Origin: Planctomycetota bacterium
GTDB lineage: Bacteria; Planctomycetota; SZUA-567; H5-PLA8
DNA length: 64,000 nucleotides
Direction: 5' to 3'
NCBI GenBank assembly: GCA_045863855.1
Contig: BTVV01000007.1
Coordinates: 41,433-105,432, forward strand
Part shown: positions 57,534 through 64,000 of the stretch, in pieces
Layout: each line of letters opens with the position of its first letter
How positions within the stretch are numbered: position 1 is the stretch's first letter
The notes under the pieces: model-generated
Database searches by the model: none
The model's input: only the letters and a program-made list of their open reading frames with translations
Told to the model about the DNA's origin: nothing
Position numbers and translations under genes: made by a program

Positions 57534-58043
57534 ATGCCGGCTCTCGAGACCCCTTTGCTGGACCTCTACGAGCGCGAGAGCGCCACGTTGTACCGTCTGG
57601 CGCTGCGGATCACGGGGTCGCGCGAAGACGCACGCGATCTGGTGCAGGAGACGTTCGTCAAACTGCTGCGCGATCCGCCGCGGGACCTGCGCCGCCCCGA
57701 AGCGTGGGTCCGGACGATCCTGACGCGCGCCGCGATCGACCGCTGCCGGGCTCGGGCGCGGGAACGCGAGCGCTTGCGCGAGGCGGAATTGGACGGGCTG
57801 CCTGCGGCGGGCGAGGTTTCGAACGATCCGTTGCCTGGCCTGGAACGGGCCGAAGCGCGCGCGCGGCTTCAAACCGGCCTGGCGCAACTATCGGCGCTGG
57901 ACCGCACGCTCGTTCTCACTCGCGCCGCCGAAGACCTGCCGCTCGATGAACTCGCCGAACGCGTCCAACTGACCGAGAAGGCCGTCCGCAACCGGCTGAG
58001 CCGGGCGCGCGCGTTTCTGAAAGCTCATCTGGAAAAGGAATGA
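57534..58043 (+). CDS. ECF sigma-70 family factor
   Basis: DARDLVQETF and LTEKAVRNRLSRAR. Start chosen at MPALETP. Confidence 0.85.
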   Translation: MPALETPLLDLYERESATLYRLALRITGSREDARDLVQETFVKLLRDPPRDLRRPEAWVRTILTRAAIDRCRARARERERLREAELDGLPAAGEVSNDPLPGLERAEARARLQTGLAQLSALDRTLVLTRAAEDLPLDELAERVQLTEKAVRNRLSRARAFLKAHLEKE

Positions 58044-58047
58044 GACG

Positions 58048-59781
58048 ATGACCACGACCGAATCCAGTCTGGACGCGCTGCTGCGCGAACACCTCGAACC
58101 GTCCGGCGCGGGCGAACGGCGGGCCGAGGCGGAGGACCTGTCCGCGGTTCGCGCGGCGCTGACGCACGCGCAGGCGCCGGCTCGGCATCGGGCCGGGGCG
58201 CTGCCAGAGGCCGGCCGCGGCTGGTGGTGGTTCGCGGCGGCGGGCGTGGCGGCGGCTTCGGCGCTTTTCGTGCTGCTGCTGCAAGGTTCCGGGGCCTCGG
58301 GTCCCGCGCCTGTCCACTCGATCGATCCGCCGGCGAAAACGCGCACCGTCGCGGGCGAGGAAGACTGGAAAGCTCGGGCGGAAGCGCTGATCGCGCAACT
58401 GGCGGATCAGGAGTTCGCCGCGCGCGAGGAGGCGGCGGAGGCGCTGCGGCAACTCGCCCGGACCCACGGCCTGCCGTTCGAGCGGTATCTCGAAGCGCGC
58501 CTGCGGGCGCTGCCCGAAGGCGGGGAGCACGCCGAATCGCGCGCGCAGCTCGCCGCGATCCTGACCCGGCTGCGGCAGCTCGAGCCGGCCTGGGTCCGGC
58601 CATGCCACTTGGATTTCCGGCACATCCCGCGGAGCGAAGGCGACCGGCTGCTCACGTCGGGTTACGAAGGCGTAAGTTGCATCGATACGGCGGCCGGCCT
58701 GGCGCTCTGGTCGTTCGACGGCGCGACGGCGCCGCAGTCGCCGTTCGTGCTGAACGACCGCGTGTACGTGGTGGAAGGCGCCGGGGCGAGTTACTTCACA
58801 CACCTGGAATTGCCGACCGGCGCGCGCGCCCTTTTCACTCACCCTCGCGGCGATACGTCCTGGCGGCTCACGATCAACCCGGAGACGCTGGTGAATCCGG
58901 CCTGGAGCAGCGACCACCACGGAATGGCCTTCGACCGTACGAACCGGCGGATCGTGTTCCGCTCGAAGGCCGGCGAACTGACCTCCGCGAGCCTGAAAGG
59001 CGCGCGCGCGTGGGTCTGGCCGGATCACGAGAAGGAAGTCTGGGACTCGGTCAGCCCGCCGGTCTTCCGTGGCGACGAGAACCTGGTCTGCTTCAGCGCG
59101 GTGCAGAACGGGAAGCTGTACGCCGTGGCGCTTTACGCTCGCGACGGCGCGGAGGCATGGCGCGCCGAACTGGCTTCGGTGGCGGGGAGTCCTACTCTTC
59201 AACTCGCTCCGATGAGTCACGGCGAACGCCTGATCTTCCCGGTGGAGGCGACGGTGGAAGGTACGTCGATGCTCGCGTGCCTCGAAGCGTGGCAAGGCCG
59301 GCCCGTATGGTCGCAGCCCGCGAAACTGCGCGGACGCTTGATGTCGGCGCTCTGCGTGGAAGACCGCGTGGTGCTGCAGACGACCTTGGAGCTAAGCGCC
59401 TTCGAGGCTCCGAACGGACGGCCGGTCTGGAGCGCTTCGAATCCGATCTTAAGCTGGATGCCGCCGACGGTCTCGGCCGGTAAGGTCTACTCCGTGCGCC
59501 AGGATGGGCAGTTGACCGTCCACGCACTCCAAGATGGAAAGCTGCTGCTGGAAGCGACGCTCCTGTCCGACGAGGCGCTCAGGAGCCTGCCGACGAAAGC
59601 CGACCTGCCCGCCGGGTTCGCGCCTTATTATTTCGGCTGGGCGCAACGCCAAGGGGACGACCTGCTGGTGGCGCTGGGGCGCGTCTACGCCAAGCCTCAG
59701 GACGGCGGCGACGGGATGCAGTACCACGCCTTTCCCAGTGGCGTCTGCGTTCGGCTGAGTCTGCCGGCCGTTGCGAGGTAG
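58048..59781 (+). CDS. Putative anti-sigma factor with TM helix, HEAT-like module and PQQ/BamB-like beta-propeller
   Basis: Short N-terminus, TM WWWFAAAGVAAASALFVLLL, repeated A..G...W blades. Confidence 0.7.
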   Translation: MTTTESSLDALLREHLEPSGAGERRAEAEDLSAVRAALTHAQAPARHRAGALPEAGRGWWWFAAAGVAAASALFVLLLQGSGASGPAPVHSIDPPAKTRTVAGEEDWKARAEALIAQLADQEFAAREEAAEALRQLARTHGLPFERYLEARLRALPEGGEHAESRAQLAAILTRLRQLEPAWVRPCHLDFRHIPRSEGDRLLTSGYEGVSCIDTAAGLALWSFDGATAPQSPFVLNDRVYVVEGAGASYFTHLELPTGARALFTHPRGDTSWRLTINPETLVNPAWSSDHHGMAFDRTNRRIVFRSKAGELTSASLKGARAWVWPDHEKEVWDSVSPPVFRGDENLVCFSAVQNGKLYAVALYARDGAEAWRAELASVAGSPTLQLAPMSHGERLIFPVEATVEGTSMLACLEAWQGRPVWSQPAKLRGRLMSALCVEDRVVLQTTLELSAFEAPNGRPVWSASNPILSWMPPTVSAGKVYSVRQDGQLTVHALQDGKLLLEATLLSDEALRSLPTKADLPAGFAPYYFGWAQRQGDDLLVALGRVYAKPQDGGDGMQYHAFPSGVCVRLSLPAVAR

Positions 59782-59902
59782 GCGGACGCGCGCCGGTGGC
59801 CCGCGAACGGCGCCGAGCAACGGGACGCAAAGCAAACGGCCACGGCGTTCGAGGCGCCGTGGCCGTGCTTACGTTTACGGGCTACCTTTTGAGCGCGAAA
59901 AC

Positions 59903-60439
59903 TCAACCCCCTTCGCGTTCGCTGTGGTTCTGCGGCGAAGGCGGAAGGTTGATCACGTCCTCGGGAAAATGTTCGACGAGGTACATCAAGATATCGCGGA
60001 CGGAGATCATGCCCCAGGGCTGGCCTTGCTTCTTGATGATCGGGATGTGGCGGTAGCCGTGGGTCATCATCACGTTAAGCGCGTAGCCCACTTGGTCGCG
60101 CGGCGTGAGCGTCTCGGGATCGGGCGTCATCGCTTCCTTGACCGTCCGCTTGTGGTAATCCCAATTGCGCCCGGCGACGCGATAGAGCAGGTCGCGCTCG
60201 GTGAAAATCCCGGCAAGCTTCTTCGTATCGGGATCGGTGATCAGGACCGCGCCTTGGCGGCCTTCGCGCATGGCTTCGACGACTTCCTGGATGGTGGCGG
60301 TCGTCGGGAGGCAGATGGCCTTGCTTTCGGTGACGTGGGAAAGTGGTTCGCGCAACACTTCGTCGGTAAGATGGCGACGCACCAATACGGTGGTCTCGTG
60401 ATACATGTCTTCGTCTTCTTCGCGTTCGATCAATCCCAT
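59903..60439 (-). CDS. Tandem CBS-domain protein
   Basis: LAGIFTERD, MTPDP, YRHIPI and GMISVRD motifs; GAGGAG RBS. Confidence 0.88.
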   Translation of the reverse strand: MGLIEREEDEDMYHETTVLVRRHLTDEVLREPLSHVTESKAICLPTTATIQEVVEAMREGRQGAVLITDPDTKKLAGIFTERDLLYRVAGRNWDYHKRTVKEAMTPDPETLTPRDQVGYALNVMMTHGYRHIPIIKKQGQPWGMISVRDILMYLVEHFPEDVINLPPSPQNHSEREGG

Positions 60440-60882
60440 AACCTTTTCTCCTCGCAAGGGATGCGTGAAATTAGGGTTTACCTTGGCATCCCTGTTGTTC
60501 GGCATTCTACCTCATGACTTTAGCGGAATCGACCAAAATCGACAAAAAGAATAAAGTTTGGCGAAAAATCCAAATAGAAGGGCGCTCTTGTGCGGATTTT
60601 ACTTATCAAGCAAGGCTTAGTAATGGATATGCCAATTAATAATAGGCAAAGAAGGGGTGGCGCACGTAGAGCATAAGGGGCGGCTAACGGTGAACTGTAC
60701 ACGGTAGAGGCGAAGAGCGAAGAGAAACGGCGCATGACAACGGCATCGAAGCTGACCCTCCCGGGATGAAGGGGGGCTTCAACCTCCCTCATCCCCGGCC
60801 CTTCTCCCAGAGGGAGAAGGGGCAACGGAAACGGCGCGGTGCCGGTTGCCGATGATGGGCGAAGGGTAACGGCGGGACGGGG

Positions 60883-61902
60883 CTACTTCACGGTCCAGGT
60901 TTCTTTGCCTTTGACGAGGGCTTCGAGATTGCCGGGGCCGTACTTCTTGCGGGCATCGGCGATTTGGCCGTGGGCGCGCTGGTCGAAGCTGGGGCGTTCG
61001 ACGTCGCGGAAGATACCCATCATGGTCGGGTGTTCGAGACGCGAAAGGAGGTAGGCGAGAGTCTGGTCGTCCCGGTGTTCGTCGTGGACGAGCAGATCGT
61101 CGGGGCGCGCGCCGTCCTTGCCGAGCTGTACGACCTCGACGCCGACTTCCTTGAGGCGCAGGCCTTTGTCCTTGCCCTTGCCGAAGATCATGGGCTTGCC
61201 GTGTTCGAGCAGGAGCTGCTGGTCGTCGCGGCTGGTGCGGTCGGTGATGTCCTTGAAGGCGCCGTCGTTGAAGATGACGCAGTTCTGGAGGATTTCGACG
61301 AAGCAGACGCCCTTATGCGCGGCGGCGCGGCGGAGGACTTCCTGCAGGTGCGGGATGTAGATGTCGGCGGTGCGGGCGACGAAAGTGGCCTCGCTGGCCA
61401 GCGCGAAGCTGACCGGATTGACGGGCTGATCGACGGAACCGAAGGGCGTGGACTTGGTGACCTTGCCGAGTTCGCTGGTGGGCGAGTACTGGCCTTTGGT
61501 GAGGCCGTAGATGCGGTTGTTGAACATGAGAATCTTGATGTCGAGGTTTCGGCGCAGGGCGTGCATGAGGTGATTGCCGCCGATGGACATGCCGTCGCCA
61601 TCGCCGGTGACGACCCAGACCTGGAGTTCGGGGTTGGCGAGCTTGACGCCGGTGGCGACGGCGGGCGCCCGGCCGTGGATCGTGTGGAAGCCGTAGGTGT
61701 TGACGTAGTACGGGAAGCGGCTGGAGCAGCCGATGCCGGAGACCATGACGAACTTCTCGCGGGCGACGCCGAGGCCGGCGAAGGCCTGGAGCGCGGCGGA
61801 GAGGATCGCGTAGTCCCCGCATCCGGGGCACCAGCGGACTTCCTGGTCGGTCTGGAAGTCGGCCTTGGTGTACTTCTTCGGTTCGGCGGCGGCGACGGTC
61901 AT
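60883..61902 (-). CDS. korB: 2-oxoacid:ferredoxin oxidoreductase beta subunit
   Basis: WCPGCGD, SGIGCSSR, GDGD...GGNH and YGLTKGQYSPT motifs. Confidence 0.93.
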   Translation of the reverse strand: MTVAAAEPKKYTKADFQTDQEVRWCPGCGDYAILSAALQAFAGLGVAREKFVMVSGIGCSSRFPYYVNTYGFHTIHGRAPAVATGVKLANPELQVWVVTGDGDGMSIGGNHLMHALRRNLDIKILMFNNRIYGLTKGQYSPTSELGKVTKSTPFGSVDQPVNPVSFALASEATFVARTADIYIPHLQEVLRRAAAHKGVCFVEILQNCVIFNDGAFKDITDRTSRDDQQLLLEHGKPMIFGKGKDKGLRLKEVGVEVVQLGKDGARPDDLLVHDEHRDDQTLAYLLSRLEHPTMMGIFRDVERPSFDQRAHGQIADARKKYGPGNLEALVKGKETWTVK

Positions 61903-61910
61903 GGTGGATT

Positions 61911-63848
61911 CTATCCTTCGGAGATTTGGACGGTGGAGGTGGAGACGGCTTCGCCCGGCTGCTTGACGGGCTTGCCGTCGAGCACCGCGGCGATGGCTTG
62001 GTACATTTCCTGCCCGCTGAATGGCGAACCTTGGACCTTATTGAGCGGTACGCAGTCGATGAGGAACTTGCCGCGGACGAGGAGCGAAAGCTGTCCGAGA
62101 TTCAGTTCGGGGATCAACACCTTTTTGAAACGCTTGAGCACGGCCGCAGTGTTCTTGGGCATGGGGTTCAGGAAGCGCAGGTGCGCCTGGGCGACCTTGC
62201 GCCCGTTCTCGCGGGCACGGCGGCAGCCGGCGCAGATCGAACCGTAGGTGCTGCCCCAGCCGAGCACAAGAAGTTCGGCGTCCTCGTCGCCGGTGACTTC
62301 CAGCGGCGGGATGTCTTCGGCCATGCGTTCGATTTTTTCGGCGCGCGTGAGGCACATCTTCTCGTGGTTGACCGGATCGTAGCTGACGTGGCCGGTGACT
62401 TCGCGCTTCTCGAGGCCGCCGATGCGGTGTTCGAGGCCGGCGGTGCCGGGAATGGCCCAGGGACGCGCGAGGGTCTGGGGATCGCGGGCGTAGGGGTTGA
62501 AGTTGGGCGTATTGGCGGAGGCGTAATGGGCCTTCATCTCGGGAAGTTCGGACATTTCCGGGACGCGCCAGGGTTCGGAGCCGTTGGCCAGGTAGCCGTC
62601 GGAGAGGAAGATGACCGGCGTCATGTGCTTCACGGCCAGGCGGCAGGCTTCGAGGACAAGGTTGAAGTTCTCGCCGGGTGTAGCCGGAGCGATGATGGCG
62701 ACCGGGGCTTCGCCGTGGCGGCCGTACAGCGCGAAGAGCAGGTCGGCTTGTTCGGTCTTGGTCGGAAGGCCGGTGGACGGTCCGCCGCGCTGGACGTCGA
62801 TGACCACCACGGGCAGTTCGGTCATCACGGCCAAGGAGAGGGCTTCGGACTTCAGGGCCAGTCCGGGTCCGGCGGTGCCGGCGACGGCGAGGGCTCCGGA
62901 GAAGGACGCTCCGACGACCGAAGCCATGGCGGCGATCTCGTCTTCGGCCTGGAAGGTCATGATGCCGAAGTTCTTGTGCTTGGCCAGTTCGTGCAGGATG
63001 TCGCTGGCCGGCGTGATCGGGTAGGCGCCGTAGAAGAGCGGCAGGCCGGTCCGTTCGGCGGCGGCGACGAGGCCCAGGGCAAGGGCCTGGTTGCCGGAGA
63101 TGTTGCGGTAGGTGCCGGGCTTCGTCGGCGCGGGCGGAATTTCGTACGCCACCGCGTGGAAGGGTTCGGTCACGTCGCAGTAGGTGTAGCCGGCGCGCAG
63201 GGCCGTTTGGCAGGCCTGCGAAACGAGCGGCGTTTTCTTGAACTTCCCTTCGATCCAGCGCATGGACGGTTCGAGCGAGCGGTTGAAAAGCCAGTAGGCC
63301 ATGCCGAGGGCGAAGAAGTTTTTGCAGCGTTCTTTCTCGCGCGCGGACAGATCGGTGATGTCGCGCAGCGACTTGATCGTCATCTCGGTGATCGGCTCGG
63401 CGAAGAAGCGATACTTGGAGAGCGAACCGTCGTCGAGCGGATTGGAGGCGTAGCCGGCCTTGGCCAAGTTGGACTTATCGAACTTCTTGGTGTCGGCGAT
63501 GAGGATGCCGTTTTGGGGCAGGTCGGGCACGTGAACCTTGAGCGCGGCGGGGTTGAAGACCACCAGGACGTCGGGGTGGTCGCCGGGCGTGAAGATGTCG
63601 GTGGCGGCAAACTGAATCTGGAAGCCCGAGACGCCGGGCAAGGTGCCGGCGGGGGCGCGGATTTCGGCCGGATAATCGGGCAAGGTGGCCAGATCGTTGC
63701 CGGCGATGGCGGTGGTCTGCGTGAACTGATCGCCGGTAATCTGGACCCCGTCGCCGCTGTCACCGGCGAATCGGACCGTCACGCTGCTGAGTTTCTGGCG
63801 TTGCCTGACGGGTTCTGCGGCAGGTACGGGTGGCGTCGAGGTGCTCAT
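61911..63848 (-). CDS. korA: 2-oxoacid:ferredoxin oxidoreductase alpha subunit
   Basis: FAGDSGDG, AEIRAPAGT, YPITPAS, QAEDEIA and QRGGPSTGLPTK motifs. Confidence 0.93.
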   Translation of the reverse strand: MSTSTPPVPAAEPVRQRQKLSSVTVRFAGDSGDGVQITGDQFTQTTAIAGNDLATLPDYPAEIRAPAGTLPGVSGFQIQFAATDIFTPGDHPDVLVVFNPAALKVHVPDLPQNGILIADTKKFDKSNLAKAGYASNPLDDGSLSKYRFFAEPITEMTIKSLRDITDLSAREKERCKNFFALGMAYWLFNRSLEPSMRWIEGKFKKTPLVSQACQTALRAGYTYCDVTEPFHAVAYEIPPAPTKPGTYRNISGNQALALGLVAAAERTGLPLFYGAYPITPASDILHELAKHKNFGIMTFQAEDEIAAMASVVGASFSGALAVAGTAGPGLALKSEALSLAVMTELPVVVIDVQRGGPSTGLPTKTEQADLLFALYGRHGEAPVAIIAPATPGENFNLVLEACRLAVKHMTPVIFLSDGYLANGSEPWRVPEMSELPEMKAHYASANTPNFNPYARDPQTLARPWAIPGTAGLEHRIGGLEKREVTGHVSYDPVNHEKMCLTRAEKIERMAEDIPPLEVTGDEDAELLVLGWGSTYGSICAGCRRARENGRKVAQAHLRFLNPMPKNTAAVLKRFKKVLIPELNLGQLSLLVRGKFLIDCVPLNKVQGSPFSGQEMYQAIAAVLDGKPVKQPGEAVSTSTVQISEG

Positions 63849-64000
63849 GGCCTGATGAAAACACTCCGTGGTGGGAGATCGAAAACGGATTCCTGATGTT
63901 AGGGGAATCCCTGAACAAGCTTCCTTGAGGATTCTACCTATCTTATCGGCGTTTCTCCAGAAGATATCGAGTGTGTTAATACGGTTAATCGGTACGGGTT

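Noticed and set aside
60618..60636. TTGGCATATCCATTAC on the minus strand as a sigma-54 promoter for the CBS gene
   Set aside because: The -12 element lacks the conserved GC.

Overview
High-GC (roughly two-thirds G+C by eye) bacterial chromosomal window. The gene content (ECF sigma factors with large partners, prenyltransferase-barrel and WD40/HEAT proteins, sulfatase) suggests a Planctomycetota/PVC-type organism; this is inference. It holds about 48 CDS. Housekeeping genes include argH (partial), thiL-lgt-tsaE, a glutamate dehydrogenase, pilT-dtd, fbp, rsgA, a cysteine desulfurase and 2-oxoacid:ferredoxin oxidoreductase alpha/beta. There is also an arn-like amino-sugar transfer operon, many sugar-catabolic genes with ROK/AraC/LacI regulators, and two ECF sigma/anti-sigma pairs. 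I saw no rRNA, tRNA, CRISPR array, integrase or transposase. The most notable locus (33.6-41.4 kb) is a Tm-1-like (UPF0261) plus TIM-barrel gene pair followed by three catabolic enzymes. It is divergent from a sigma-54 activator whose sensor domain is a degenerate copy of the same TIM barrel. Between them lie a TGTAAA-N6-TTTACA palindrome array and a candidate -24/-12 promoter. Other highlights are an unannotated 26-aa Arg/Lys-rich ORF before argH, an AT-rich imperfect palindrome, a Ser-type sulfatase, REP-like hairpins translated in frame inside the activator, paired LacI operators and an apparent GC-skew switch near 32-33 kb. All protein calls come from motif recognition, not database searches.
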